DNA of 64,000 nucleotides from positions 1,137 to 65,136 of the forward strand of contig JAJZVC010000008.1 of NCBI GenBank assembly GCA_021845865.1. Reading direction: 5' to 3'. A program made the position numbers and the translations under genes. The stretch's first letter is position 1; each line of letters opens with the position of its first letter. Positions 18,125 through 27,641 of the stretch are shown here, in pieces. Under the pieces are notes generated by a model. The model ran no database searches. It saw nothing but the letters and a program-made list of their open reading frames with translations, and was not told the origin of the DNA. Source of the stretch: Pseudomonadota bacterium. GTDB taxonomy: Bacteria; Pseudomonadota; Gammaproteobacteria; Burkholderiales; UBA9220.

Positions 18125-19009
18125 GTGACCCCTGCAAGAAAAACCATCCTTTTAACGGGAAAAAACGGCCAGGTCGGCTGGGAGTTGCAGCGCGCCCTCG
18201 CACCCCTTGGCCGCGTCGTGGCCCTGGGCAGCGGCGAATTGGACTTGGCCGACGGCGAGGCGATTCGCCGCGCGGTGAGGGAAACCCGGCCGGCCGTCAT
18301 CGTCAATGCCGCCGCTTACACCGCCGTGGACCAGGCGGAAAGCGAGGCCGCCCTCGCCCATGCCGTCAATGGCGCCGCCCCCCGCATTCTCGCCGAGGAA
18401 GCCGCCAACTGCGGCGCCCTGCTGGTGCATTACTCCACCGACTACGTCTTCGATGGCAAAAAAACCGGTCCCTATGCCGAATCCGACCCCTGCGCCCCGC
18501 TCGGCGTCTACGGAGCAAGCAAACTCGCCGGGGAGCAAGGAATACAGGCCTCGGCCTGCAAGCACCTGATTTTCCGCACCAGTTGGGTTTACGGCAGCCG
18601 GGGAAAGAATTTCCTCCTCACCATGCAGCGGCTGAGCCGGGAACGGGAAACCTTGCGGGTGGTGGCGGACCAATTCGGCGCTCCCACCTGGAGCCGCCTC
18701 ATTGCCGAGGCCAGCGCCCAGGTTTTGAGCCAGGTCCCGCGCCATCCCTCGCCGGACAGCCTGTGGGGGCTGTACCATCTTACCTGCGCCGGCCGCACTT
18801 CCTGGCATGGCTTCACCCAGGCCATCCTGGACCTCGCGCCGCCGCCCCGTCCTCCGCGCCTGGAAGCCATCCCCACTGCGGCCTACCCCCTGCCGGCCAA
18901 ACGCCCCGCCAATTCGGTGCTGTCCAACGACAAACTGCAGCGCGCCTTCGGCCTCGCGCTTCCTGACTGGCACGCGGCCCTGGCCCTGTGCCTGGACGCA
19001 TCCGGTTGA
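18125..19009 (+). CDS. rfbD: dTDP-4-dehydrorhamnose reductase
   Basis: Contains ILLTGKNGQVGWEL (Rossmann), STDYVFDG and YGASKLAGE (the YxxxK of SDRs). The start is GTG. No rfbABC genes are adjacent. Confidence 0.85.
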   Translation: MTPARKTILLTGKNGQVGWELQRALAPLGRVVALGSGELDLADGEAIRRAVRETRPAVIVNAAAYTAVDQAESEAALAHAVNGAAPRILAEEAANCGALLVHYSTDYVFDGKKTGPYAESDPCAPLGVYGASKLAGEQGIQASACKHLIFRTSWVYGSRGKNFLLTMQRLSRERETLRVVADQFGAPTWSRLIAEASAQVLSQVPRHPSPDSLWGLYHLTCAGRTSWHGFTQAILDLAPPPRPPRLEAIPTAAYPLPAKRPANSVLSNDKLQRAFGLALPDWHAALALCLDASG

Positions 19010-19047
19010 TTTCCATCAAGGGATTTTTGCCTTTCCCTCCCTACAAT
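19006..19047 (+). promoter_or_regulatory. class-II FNR/DNR-dependent promoter (TTGATTTCCATCAA plus TACAAT)
   Basis: A perfect TTGAT-N4-ATCAA lies at 19006-19019 and overlaps the rfbD stop codon. TACAAT at 19042-19047 puts the box centre near -41.5. Confidence 0.75.
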
Positions 19048-19085
19048 GGCTCCATACTCTTACCCGGCAGTTCAGGAGCATCAGC

Positions 19086-19532
19086 ATGAGCACCATCAGC
19101 GAATTTCTCACCGGCGAGCACCATCACTGCGATGACCTGTTCGCCGCGGCGGAAGACGATGCCGCCCAGAAAAACTGGGGCAAGGCGGACGATGACTTCC
19201 GCCGCTTCCGCCATTCCACCGAAACCCATTTCGAGGTGGAAGAAAACATCCTCTTCCCCGCCTTCGAAAACGCCACCGGCATGACCATGGGGCCGACCCA
19301 GGTGATGCGCATGGAGCACGGCCAGATGCGCGACGTCTTCGCCCAGATGGCCGACGCCATCGCCAAACAGGACGCGGACGAATACCTGGGGCTGTCGGAA
19401 ACCCTGCTGATGCTGATGCAGCAGCACAACCTGAAGGAGGAGCAGATTCTCTACCGCATGGCGGATCAGGTTCTCGGCAACGCATCGGATGCCCTCATCG
19501 GCGACATGAAGGCCATGGCGGAGGGCGCCTGA
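19086..19532 (+). CDS. hemerythrin-domain protein
   Basis: The product is MSTISEFLTGEHHHCDDLF...HFEVEENILFP...MEHGQMR...HNLKEEQILY, with the His/Glu ligand pattern of hemerythrin-like cation-binding domains. The track ORF starts spuriously at 18807. Confidence 0.85.
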   Translation: MSTISEFLTGEHHHCDDLFAAAEDDAAQKNWGKADDDFRRFRHSTETHFEVEENILFPAFENATGMTMGPTQVMRMEHGQMRDVFAQMADAIAKQDADEYLGLSETLLMLMQQHNLKEEQILYRMADQVLGNASDALIGDMKAMAEGA

Positions 19533-19536
19533 CGCC

Positions 19537-19761
19537 ATGGGAGAGCGCTTGCTGGACGTGCGGGAACTGGAGCCTCCCGAGCCACTGGAACGAGTGCTGG
19601 AACTCCTCGACACCCTCGCCGCCGGCGACTCCCTGCGCATGCTTCACCGGCGGCAACCCAACCTGCTCTACCCCATTCTGGAACGGGAGGGGTTCGCCCA
19701 CCGCACCACCGCCACGGCGGAAGGCGATTTCGAAATCCTGATCTGGCGAAAGCAGGTCTAG
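19537..19761 (+). CDS. DUF2249-domain protein
   Basis: The 74-aa product LDVRELEPPEPLERVLELLDTLAAGDSLRMLHRRQPNLLYPILEREGF has a TusA-like pattern. It starts 4 nt after the hemerythrin gene. Confidence 0.8.
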   Translation: MGERLLDVRELEPPEPLERVLELLDTLAAGDSLRMLHRRQPNLLYPILEREGFAHRTTATAEGDFEILIWRKQV

Positions 19762-19777
19762 CTCCGCGGATTCCACC

Positions 19778-21064
19778 ATGCTGCCCGCAGGACTTTCCTT
19801 CGACCAGGCGCCGCCCATCGCGGTGCCGTTCCGCTTCTTTCTCACGGCGCCCCTCTTTCTCCTCGCCGCCGCGATCCTGCTCGTGGCTTACGGCCCGGAG
19901 ATGCTGCTGTCGCGCCATATGCCGGCCACCCTCGCCGCCACCCACCTCCTCACCCTGGGCTTCACCTCCATGGTCATGTGCGGCGCCATGATGCAAATGC
20001 TGCCGGTGGTAGCGGGAGCGCCGGTGCCGGCGCCGCGGCTGGTGGCCTGGACCGTGCATCTTTCCCTCGCCACCGGCGCGGCCGGCGTGGCGGCCTCATT
20101 CCTTTGGGGACGGCCGGTCCTGATGCACCTGGGCGGCGGCCTGGCGGCGCTGGGGTTCGGCGTCTTCCTCGCCGCGGCCGCCTGGAGCCTGGCCCATGTC
20201 CGCTCCCGCAGCCCCTCGGTGCCCGCCATGGGGTTTTCCATCGCCTCCCTGGCGGTCACCGCCGCTCTCGGCTTGACGCTCGGCATCGCCCGCCAGGGCG
20301 GGCTGGACATTCCCTACGTCCAGTTCTCCCTTCTCCACCCCATGTGGGGGCTCTACGGCTGGACCGCCCTGCTGGTCATGGGGGTGGCCTACCAAGTGGT
20401 GCCCATGTTCCAGCTCACGCCCAACTATCCCAAGGCCATCACGACTTGGCTGGCAGGCGGACTGTTCCTGCTGCTGATCCTGCGTTCCGCCGCCGAATTC
20501 ACGCTCCTGCCGCCGGCGGTTCCCGGCGTGGCCTTGGCCGCCGGCGCGGGAGTCTTCGCCATCGCTACCCTTCGCCTTCAGGGCCGGCGCAAGCGCAAAA
20601 TCAGCGATGCCACCCTGCTCTTCTGGCGCGTCGGCATGGGCCTCCTCCTGGCCGCCTGTCTCCTGTGGCTGGCTGCCGCCCTGCTGCCCGCCGAAGCGGC
20701 TGAGCGCGCCCGGCTTCTGTTGGGCATCGCGGCCCTGCCGGGATTCATCCTCGCCGTCATCAACGGCATGCTCTACAAGATCGTGCCCTTCCTCGCCTGG
20801 TTCCATCTGCAAAGCCGTTACGTGGGCAAAACCGCCATCCCCAACATGAAGCAGCTCCAGCCGGACCGACCGGCGCGGGGCCAGATGGCCCTCTATCTCG
20901 CCGCCCTGGCGCTGCTGGCCGGAGCCGTCTTCTGGCCGCCCCTCGCGCGGCTTTCCGGCCTGCTATGGCTGGCCAGCGCCCTGTGGCTGGAGAGAAACCT
21001 GCTCCGCGCCCTGATCCTCTACCGTCGGACGGTGGCCCTTGCCACAGCAAAAAAGTCGGATTAA
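19778..21064 (+). CDS. polytopic membrane protein, distantly NnrS-like
   Basis: The 428-aa product has about 12 hydrophobic segments. N-terminal PFRFFLTAPLFLL...THLLTLGF...MQMLPVVAG resembles the NnrS pattern (FRPFFL...H.HE..FG...PNWTG). The family call is tentative. Confidence 0.6.
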   Translation: MLPAGLSFDQAPPIAVPFRFFLTAPLFLLAAAILLVAYGPEMLLSRHMPATLAATHLLTLGFTSMVMCGAMMQMLPVVAGAPVPAPRLVAWTVHLSLATGAAGVAASFLWGRPVLMHLGGGLAALGFGVFLAAAAWSLAHVRSRSPSVPAMGFSIASLAVTAALGLTLGIARQGGLDIPYVQFSLLHPMWGLYGWTALLVMGVAYQVVPMFQLTPNYPKAITTWLAGGLFLLLILRSAAEFTLLPPAVPGVALAAGAGVFAIATLRLQGRRKRKISDATLLFWRVGMGLLLAACLLWLAAALLPAEAAERARLLLGIAALPGFILAVINGMLYKIVPFLAWFHLQSRYVGKTAIPNMKQLQPDRPARGQMALYLAALALLAGAVFWPPLARLSGLLWLASALWLERNLLRALILYRRTVALATAKKSD

Positions 21065-21074
21065 CCTCCTTGTC

Positions 21075-21767
21075 ATGAACGCGCCCGCCCCCAAAATCCA
21101 AGCCATCCTCTCCCACCATCCCCTGTTCCGGGAAATCTCTCCCGAGGAAGTGGGGCGCATTGCCCAGGGAGCGCGGGAAATCCATGCCACCAAGGGGGAG
21201 ATACTGTTCCAGAAGGGCGACCCCGCCAACGGCTTTTATCTGGTGATCTACGGCCAGGTGAAACTGGCCTTCCCGTCCCCCAACGGGTCGGAAAAGGTGG
21301 TGGAGATCATCCACCCCGGCCAGAGCTTCGGCGAAGCGGTGATGTTCATGGAGAAGCCCTACCCCGTCTATGCCCAGACCCTGGCGGACAGCCTGCTGCT
21401 GCACGTGACGAAATCGGCGGTGTTCGAGGAGATCGAGCATAACCGCGCCTTCGCCCGCAAGATGCTGGCAGGCCTGTCCATCCGCCTCCACGGCCTGGTC
21501 AACGACGTGGAGGCCTACTCCCTGCGCTCCTGCGCCCAGCGGGTGATCGGTTACCTGCTGCTGCAAAACGAGAACGACAGCGGCGACGGCCAGGACATCC
21601 GCCTCACCCTGCCGGCGGGCAAGGCTGTGATCGCCTCCCGCCTCAACATCACGCCGGAAACCTTCTCCCGCATCCTCCACGACCTGTCCGAGGCCGGTCT
21701 CATCGCGGTCAAGGGCAAGGAAATCACCATCCTGGATCTGGACCAGCTGCGCAATCACGGCGGCTGA
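21075..21767 (+). CDS. dnr: Crp/Fnr-family transcription factor, DNR/NnrR type
   Basis: It has a cNMP-like beta-roll (GEILFQKGDPANGFYLVIYGQVKL) and a C-terminal HTH VIASRLNITPETFSRILHDL. There is no N-terminal Cys cluster. The start is 21075, or 21039 as in the track. Confidence 0.85.
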   Translation: MNAPAPKIQAILSHHPLFREISPEEVGRIAQGAREIHATKGEILFQKGDPANGFYLVIYGQVKLAFPSPNGSEKVVEIIHPGQSFGEAVMFMEKPYPVYAQTLADSLLLHVTKSAVFEEIEHNRAFARKMLAGLSIRLHGLVNDVEAYSLRSCAQRVIGYLLLQNENDSGDGQDIRLTLPAGKAVIASRLNITPETFSRILHDLSEAGLIAVKGKEITILDLDQLRNHGG

Positions 21768-21807
21768 CGAACGCCGCCGCAATACGGTCCAGTCTTTCAC
21801 CCTCCTG

Positions 21808-23367
21808 CTAGTGGCTGGTGCCAGCGGAGCGGGTGGTCTTGTTGTAGACGTTGTACTTGCCGATGGGCTTGCTCATGGGAATGCGCTTCACCACCTCGAA
21901 GGTCCTGGCGTCGAACACGATCAGCGCGCCGTCCTGCTCCATCAGGCTGGCCAGGGCGTAGCGGCCGTCCCGGGTGAACTCCACGTGGGCCAGGGTCTTG
22001 CCCGGCACGGGGGTGAGATTCTTCACCACCTCCAGGGTGTTCTTGTCGATGAGCTGCAGGGTGTCCCGATACTTGGGGCTCATCATGTTGTCCGCCCAGA
22101 CGTAGGGGGTGTTCTCGTGGCTGCGCAGGAAGAAGCCGGGACCCAGGGTTTCGATGTGCTTCACCGTCTTCCAGTTGGTCATGTCCACCACGCTCACCGT
22201 GCCGCTCTTCAGGTTGGGGGTGGCGAACACCGGGTGCCCCTGCCATTCCCAGGTGATGCCGGAGCCCAGGTGGGGCATGCCGCTCAGGTCCAGGGTGGCG
22301 ATCTTGCGCCGCACGTCCAGGTTCACCACCTGCCCCTTGCCGTCCCGGGAAGCGCCAATCAGGTTGGTGTAGCTCTGATCGAAGAAGAAATCGTCCAGGA
22401 TGTCGTCCAGCTCGATCACCTTGGGCGTGAACTGCCCCGGCGAAGCCAAGCCCTCCGCCATCTTGTAATCGTGGACAAAGCCCTTGAACACCGGCGGCGC
22501 CTTGGGGTCGTAGCTGATCTCCCACACCTCGGGGATATCCTTCAGGGCGGCGATGAAGCTCTTCCTCGGCGCCGCGTCGTACACCGCCGACACCCGGGAG
22601 CTCTTGCCGTTGCTGCCCACCACCGGAATCACCTTGATCAGGGACAGGTCGTCGGCCTTCAGCAGCACCAGGGTATGGGGCAGGTAGTTGCCCACCAGCA
22701 CCACCTTGCCGTCGTCGGACACCGCCAGATTGCGGGCGTTGAGGCCGGCGCGGACCTCCGCCACCATCTTCAGGTTCCAGATGTCGTACTTGGACACCCA
22801 GCCGTCCCGGGAGGAGAAATAGACGTAGCGTCCGTCATGGGAGAATTTCGGCCCGCCGTGGACGGCAAAGCGTGTGGGGAAACGGGCAAGGGGCTCCAGC
22901 TTGTCGCCGTCGAGGATGGTGGCGTGATGGTCGCCCCCCTCCACCACCACGAACAGGTTCAGGGGGTCGGCGGAAAACACCGGCTTGTCCGGCAGGCTGC
23001 CGGGTTTGACGTATTCGGCCCGGGAGGCGCGAATCTCCTTCTCGCCCCACGCCGGCTCCCTGGCCGGCGGGGTGTAGATGAAGTCCACCAGGGCCTGGAT
23101 TTCGTCGCCGGACAGCTTGTCGCCGAAAGCGGGCATCTGGGTGGCGACCCGTCCCTGGGCGATGGTCTTGGCGGCATCGTAGCGCTTCAGGCGCTCCAGG
23201 TTTTCCGGCAGCAGGGCCGGGCCGATGCCGCCGAAGCGGTCGGCGCCGTGGCAGCTGGCGCAATGCTGGATGAAAAGCGCCGGAGCGCCGGCCAGGGCGG
23301 CGCCGGCCCAACCCCATCCCGCCAGCAGCAGCAACAGAAAGCGCAAGCCTGCCTTGAGGTTCCTCAT
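21808..23367 (-). CDS. nirN: cytochrome cd1-like NirN (dihydro-heme d1 dehydrogenase)
   Basis: Signal peptide, heme-c motif CASCHG, then a d1-type beta-propeller similar to NirS/NirF. It is last in the nir operon, with a 4-nt overlap with nirJ. Confidence 0.88.
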   Translation of the reverse strand: MRNLKAGLRFLLLLLAGWGWAGAALAGAPALFIQHCASCHGADRFGGIGPALLPENLERLKRYDAAKTIAQGRVATQMPAFGDKLSGDEIQALVDFIYTPPAREPAWGEKEIRASRAEYVKPGSLPDKPVFSADPLNLFVVVEGGDHHATILDGDKLEPLARFPTRFAVHGGPKFSHDGRYVYFSSRDGWVSKYDIWNLKMVAEVRAGLNARNLAVSDDGKVVLVGNYLPHTLVLLKADDLSLIKVIPVVGSNGKSSRVSAVYDAAPRKSFIAALKDIPEVWEISYDPKAPPVFKGFVHDYKMAEGLASPGQFTPKVIELDDILDDFFFDQSYTNLIGASRDGKGQVVNLDVRRKIATLDLSGMPHLGSGITWEWQGHPVFATPNLKSGTVSVVDMTNWKTVKHIETLGPGFFLRSHENTPYVWADNMMSPKYRDTLQLIDKNTLEVVKNLTPVPGKTLAHVEFTRDGRYALASLMEQDGALIVFDARTFEVVKRIPMSKPIGKYNVYNKTTRSAGTSH

Positions 23368-24521
23368 GCCGCGGCCTCCGGAAAAAGACCGATTTCATCG
23401 TCGTCCAGGTAGCAGGCCGGGTCCTCGGCCCAGGGGTCGCCGCTGGTCTGCCAGGCCCGCACCCGGGTGTTGCCGTTGCAGATGGCGAGGTGAGCGCAGG
23501 CGCCGCAGCGCCCCGTCACCGGCCTAGGATGGGTCTTCAGCCCGGCCATCAGGGGGTCGGACAGGTCCTGCCAGATTTCGGAAAAGGGCCGCTCCCTCAC
23601 ATTGCCCAGGCCGTAGTTCCACCACATGGTATCCGGGTGGACGTTGCCCAAATTGTCGATGTTGGCCACGTTCACCCCCGAGGCGTTGCCGCCCCATTGC
23701 GCCAGTTTCTGCCGGATATGCTCCAGATGCCGGGGATGATGCTGGGCCACCCACTGCAGCAGGTACACCCCGTCGGCGTCGTTGTTGCCGGTGACGAACT
23801 CCTTCGGCGTTCCCGCCTCCAGGTGCTGCCAGCAGGCCCGAATCAGCAGGTCCATGGCCTGGCGGGTGGTCTGGTGGAAAACGTCGTCCCGGCGGTTCTT
23901 GTTGCCCCGCCCGGCGTAATTGAGATGGGAGAGGTAAAATTTGTCCAGGCCCTCGTCGTCCATCAGTTGCAGCAACTGGGGCAGCTCGGCGGCATTGTCC
24001 TGGGTGAGGGTGAAGCGCAGCCCCACCTTGATGCCCCGCTCCCGGCACAGGCGAATTCCCCGCAGGGCGGCATCGAAGGCGCCGTCCAGGCGGCGGAATC
24101 GGTCGTGGGTCGCCCCGATGCCGTCCAGGGACACCCCCACGTAGTCGAAGCCCACCCCGGCGATGGCGTCGAGGTTATCCCGGCCGATGAGGGTGCCATT
24201 GCTGGAAAGGGCGACGTAGAAGCCCATCTCCTTCGCCCGGTGGGCGATGGCGAATATGTCCTGGCGCAGCAGCGGCTCGCCCCCCGACAGGATCAGCACC
24301 GGCACGCCGAAAGCCTTGAGATCGTCCATGACGGCGTAGACTTCCCGGGTATTCAACTCCCCGGGGAAATCCTTGTCGGCGGAGATGGAATAGCAGTGCT
24401 TGCAGGTCAGGTTGCAGCGCCGCACCAGGTTCCAGATCACCACCGGCCCGGGCGGATTGCGTTTCGGCCCCAGGGGGGCCGGGTTGCGGACTTCCTGCAG
24501 AAATTGAGTCAGGCGAAACAT
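23364..24521 (-). CDS. nirJ: radical SAM heme d1 biosynthesis protein NirJ
   Basis: Contains the CNLTCKHC radical-SAM cluster motif and a C-terminal Cys-rich SPASM-like region (CGACAHLAICNG). Confidence 0.92.
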   Translation of the reverse strand: MFRLTQFLQEVRNPAPLGPKRNPPGPVVIWNLVRRCNLTCKHCYSISADKDFPGELNTREVYAVMDDLKAFGVPVLILSGGEPLLRQDIFAIAHRAKEMGFYVALSSNGTLIGRDNLDAIAGVGFDYVGVSLDGIGATHDRFRRLDGAFDAALRGIRLCRERGIKVGLRFTLTQDNAAELPQLLQLMDDEGLDKFYLSHLNYAGRGNKNRRDDVFHQTTRQAMDLLIRACWQHLEAGTPKEFVTGNNDADGVYLLQWVAQHHPRHLEHIRQKLAQWGGNASGVNVANIDNLGNVHPDTMWWNYGLGNVRERPFSEIWQDLSDPLMAGLKTHPRPVTGRCGACAHLAICNGNTRVRAWQTSGDPWAEDPACYLDDDEIGLFPEAAA

Positions 24522-24522
24522 G

Positions 24523-25011
24523 TTAGCCTCCGAAACGCAGCCCGGTCTTTTTCAGGATGCGCGAGCTGTACAGAATCTCGTGGCCCCGGCAGGCGTCACC
24601 GAGCAAGACGGCGATGGCGCGCGCCTTTTCCTCCACTTCCGTCCGGTCCTTGCCGTGGACCATGGCGAAGAGGTTGTAGGGCCATTGGGGCAGATGGCGC
24701 GGGCGGCGATAGCTGTGGCTGACGAAATCCAGCGCCCCCACCCGCCTTCCCAGCTCGCTGACCCGGGCATCGTCCACGTCCCACACCGTCATGCCATTGG
24801 CCTTGTAGCCCAGGGCGTAGTGATTGGGAACGGCGCCGATGCGGCGGATGACGCCGGCGGCGAGCAGTTTCTCCATCCGCCCCATCACCTCCTCCGGCGC
24901 CAGGCCGAGGCTCTCCGCCACGGCATGGTAGGGCCGCGGCGCGAGGGGCAGCCCCTCCTGGGTGGCGAGGACGATGGCGCGGTCGGTGGCGTCTAGCGTG
25001 TCGTGCAGCAT
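24523..25011 (-). CDS. nirH: siroheme decarboxylase subunit NirH (Lrp/AsnC-like)
   Basis: Contains DRAIVLATQEGLPLAPRPY...NHY...YNLFAMVHG, in operon position after nirG. Confidence 0.85.
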   Translation of the reverse strand: MLHDTLDATDRAIVLATQEGLPLAPRPYHAVAESLGLAPEEVMGRMEKLLAAGVIRRIGAVPNHYALGYKANGMTVWDVDDARVSELGRRVGALDFVSHSYRRPRHLPQWPYNLFAMVHGKDRTEVEEKARAIAVLLGDACRGHEILYSSRILKKTGLRFGG

Positions 25012-25012
25012 G

Positions 25013-25459
25013 TCAGGCGGCGAACTTCAGTTCGAGGAAGAACTCTTCCTCCTTGGGGAAATTGAACACCTCGAGGCCGGTTCGTTCCGCGATCTCCCGC
25101 AGAACGGCGTCCATGGCTTCCCGGCTGTCGGTGGCGACGACGAACCACATGTTGAGCGCGTGTTCCCGCCGGTAGTTGTGGGCCACCTGGGGCAGGGCGT
25201 TGACCGCCTCCGCCACCCGCTCGAAGTCCTCTTCTGGCACGCTCATGGCGGCCAGGGTAAAGGCGCCCCCCATGCGCTCGGCGTTGTAGAGAGGGCCGAA
25301 GCGGGTCAGCACCTTCTCCGCCAGCAACCTCTCCAGGCGGGCGATCAACTCCTCCTCGGCGATGCCCAGCCGCGCCGCCGCCTCGGCGTAGGGCCGGTCG
25401 CAAATGGGAAAGCCGCCCTGAAGGGCGTTGACGATGGCGCGGTCGGTATCGTCCATCAT
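25013..25459 (-). CDS. nirG: siroheme decarboxylase subunit NirG
   Basis: Contains MMDDTDRAIVNALQGGFPICDRPY...VAHNYRREHALNMWFVV. The start overlaps the nirDL stop. Confidence 0.85.
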   Translation of the reverse strand: MMDDTDRAIVNALQGGFPICDRPYAEAAARLGIAEEELIARLERLLAEKVLTRFGPLYNAERMGGAFTLAAMSVPEEDFERVAEAVNALPQVAHNYRREHALNMWFVVATDSREAMDAVLREIAERTGLEVFNFPKEEEFFLELKFAA

Positions 25460-26460
25460 GCGGCGATCGCCTCCTTGCGCGCCGGCTCGGCATAGCGGGC
25501 GCCGCACTGCTTGAAACGGCGGGTGCTGAACAGGAGGTCGTGGGGAAAGGCGTCCAGGCCGCACTCCCGGCGCAGCAGGGCGATGTTATGCTCCACGCTG
25601 TCCCGGTCCCGGCCATGGACCATGCAGTAGAAGTTGTAGCGCCACGCCGGCAGCTGCCGCTGGCGGCGGTAGCAGAGGGTGATGAAATCGTAGCGGCTGA
25701 CGCAGCGGCCCATTTCCGCCACCGCCTCGTCGGGCACGTCCCATACCGCCATGGCGTTGGCGCGGAAACCCAGCTCGTGGTGACGGACGACGATGCCGAG
25801 GCGCTTGATCACGTCGCCCTGCTGCATCTCCGTCAAGCGCCGAATCACCTGTTCCTCGCTCAGACCGGCGCGGAGGCCGACCTCCGCGTAGGGCCGGGCC
25901 GTGAGGGGCAGCCCGGACTGGATGGCGGCGATGAGGTCCCGATCCTCGGGGCGGGACTGGAAGGCCACCGCCGAGACGCGCCGCGCCGTATCCCGGCTGT
26001 GGCCGCCCTTGCCGGTGAGGTCGAAGCCGAGGTCGATGTGATAATCCTCCAGCATCGGCAGGTAGAGCACCCCGCTGCCGCTGGCCTGCTCGATTTCCCC
26101 CAGCACCTGGCGCACCCGCGCCTCCTCCGGGGCGGTGACCACGAACCACAGGTTGTAGCGGTGCTCCCGTTCGTAGTTGTGGTTCACCTCGGGGTAGCCG
26201 CTCACCACCCGCGCCACCTCCTCCAGCCGCTCGGGCGGAACGGACAGCGCCGCCAGGGTGCTGGCGCCGACCCGGTGGGGCCGGAACACCGCGCCCACCC
26301 GGCTCACGGCGCCGCTATCCTGCATCTGGCGCAGGGCCGCGAGCACGTCCGTCTCCGCCGCGCCAAGGCGGACGGCGATTTCCCGAAAAGGCATGGGCGT
26401 GAGGGGGAAACCCCGCTGGAAATCGTTGAGCAGGTGCAATTCGAGGTCGCTGGGATTCAT
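25456..26460 (-). CDS. nirDL: fused siroheme decarboxylase NirD-NirL
   Basis: Two tandem Lrp/AsnC-like NirD/L-type modules are present (LLNDFQRGFPLTPMPF...NHNYEREHRYNLWFVV and LIAAIQSGLPLTARPY...YNFYCMVHG). ATG at 26460; the track ORF extends to 26604. Confidence 0.85.
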   Translation of the reverse strand: MNPSDLELHLLNDFQRGFPLTPMPFREIAVRLGAAETDVLAALRQMQDSGAVSRVGAVFRPHRVGASTLAALSVPPERLEEVARVVSGYPEVNHNYEREHRYNLWFVVTAPEEARVRQVLGEIEQASGSGVLYLPMLEDYHIDLGFDLTGKGGHSRDTARRVSAVAFQSRPEDRDLIAAIQSGLPLTARPYAEVGLRAGLSEEQVIRRLTEMQQGDVIKRLGIVVRHHELGFRANAMAVWDVPDEAVAEMGRCVSRYDFITLCYRRQRQLPAWRYNFYCMVHGRDRDSVEHNIALLRRECGLDAFPHDLLFSTRRFKQCGARYAEPARKEAIAA

Positions 26461-26471
26461 CCTGGTCTCCC

Positions 26472-27641
26472 CTACCAACCGATGCGATGGGCCCGCGGCG
26501 TGAAGAACACGCCGCTGGGGCTGTCCGACGGCAGCTCCGTCAATGGCTGGTAGGTATCGGTGTCGTACACCACCAGCTTGTCGCTGTCCCGGGCGGAAAT
26601 CCACACGTTCTCGCCCCGGGGGGTGAATTCCAGGTGCAGCACGGCCTTGCCGGGATGCAGGGTATGCACCACCTTGCGCTCGGCGGCGTCGATCACCTGC
26701 ACCACGCCGTTATCGGGGAAGGCGAAGTTGACCCATATCTTGCGGCTGCCCGGCTGTCCCACCACGAACACCGGCTGCCCGGCCGTGGGAATGGCGCCTG
26801 CCAGGGTCCAACTGTTGGTGTCGATCATCAGCACCTCGTGGCGGCCCACGGCCGGAACGAAGGCGTAGTGCTCGAAGAACCCCCAGCCCTCCATGTGGGG
26901 CATCTTGAATACCGGCAGCTTCTGCTCCCCCTTGCCGTAGTTCTTGAGGATGCGCTTCACGCCCTTCTCCGGGTGCCACAGGTCGAGGAGCGCCAGTCCG
27001 TCCTCGCCGAACAGGCCGGCGATATACCAGCGGCTGTCGGGGGTGATATTGCCGTCGTAGGGCTCCTTGCCGATGCCGGTGAACTTGGTCACCCGGGGAC
27101 GGGCCGGGTCCTTCATGTCGGCGAGCCAGATTTCGCCGGCATCGTAGAGGGTGAAGACGAAGCGGTTGCCCGGGGCGTCCACCAGGCCCACCACCTTGGA
27201 AGGCTTGCCGTCGGCGCCGACGGCGGGGATTTCCGCCACCTGGGCCAGGGTGTCGGCATCGAAGAACTTCACCCCGCCCGGGGTATAGTTGGCGGCGGCC
27301 ACCAGCCTGCCATCGGCGGAGATGGCGCCGCCGATGCTGTTGCCGGACTGGACCACGCGCTTGACGATGCGCCGGGCCAGGAGGTCCACCTTGGTCAGCC
27401 CGCCGTCCCGGCCGAAGACGTAGGCGTAGCGCTCGTCCCGGGAGAACACCACGGTGGCGTGGGACAGGTCCCCCAGCCCCGCCACTTCGCCGAGAACCGT
27501 CCTGCCGCTGGTCTCCACCAGCTGCACCTTGCCCGAGGCGCGCTCGATCACCACGCCCAGGTCGCCGGTGCCCCGGGGCTGCACCGCCGCGCAGCCGGCG
27601 AGGGAGAGGGAAAGGACGGCGAGAAGCAGGCTAGCGCGCAT
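26472..27641 (-). CDS. nirF: heme d1 biosynthesis protein NirF, lipoprotein form
   Basis: MRASLLLAVLSLSLAGC is a lipobox, followed by a cd1-type beta-propeller without a heme-c motif. The track ORF extension to 27944 overlaps nirC in another frame. Confidence 0.88.
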   Translation of the reverse strand: MRASLLLAVLSLSLAGCAAVQPRGTGDLGVVIERASGKVQLVETSGRTVLGEVAGLGDLSHATVVFSRDERYAYVFGRDGGLTKVDLLARRIVKRVVQSGNSIGGAISADGRLVAAANYTPGGVKFFDADTLAQVAEIPAVGADGKPSKVVGLVDAPGNRFVFTLYDAGEIWLADMKDPARPRVTKFTGIGKEPYDGNITPDSRWYIAGLFGEDGLALLDLWHPEKGVKRILKNYGKGEQKLPVFKMPHMEGWGFFEHYAFVPAVGRHEVLMIDTNSWTLAGAIPTAGQPVFVVGQPGSRKIWVNFAFPDNGVVQVIDAAERKVVHTLHPGKAVLHLEFTPRGENVWISARDSDKLVVYDTDTYQPLTELPSDSPSGVFFTPRAHRIGW

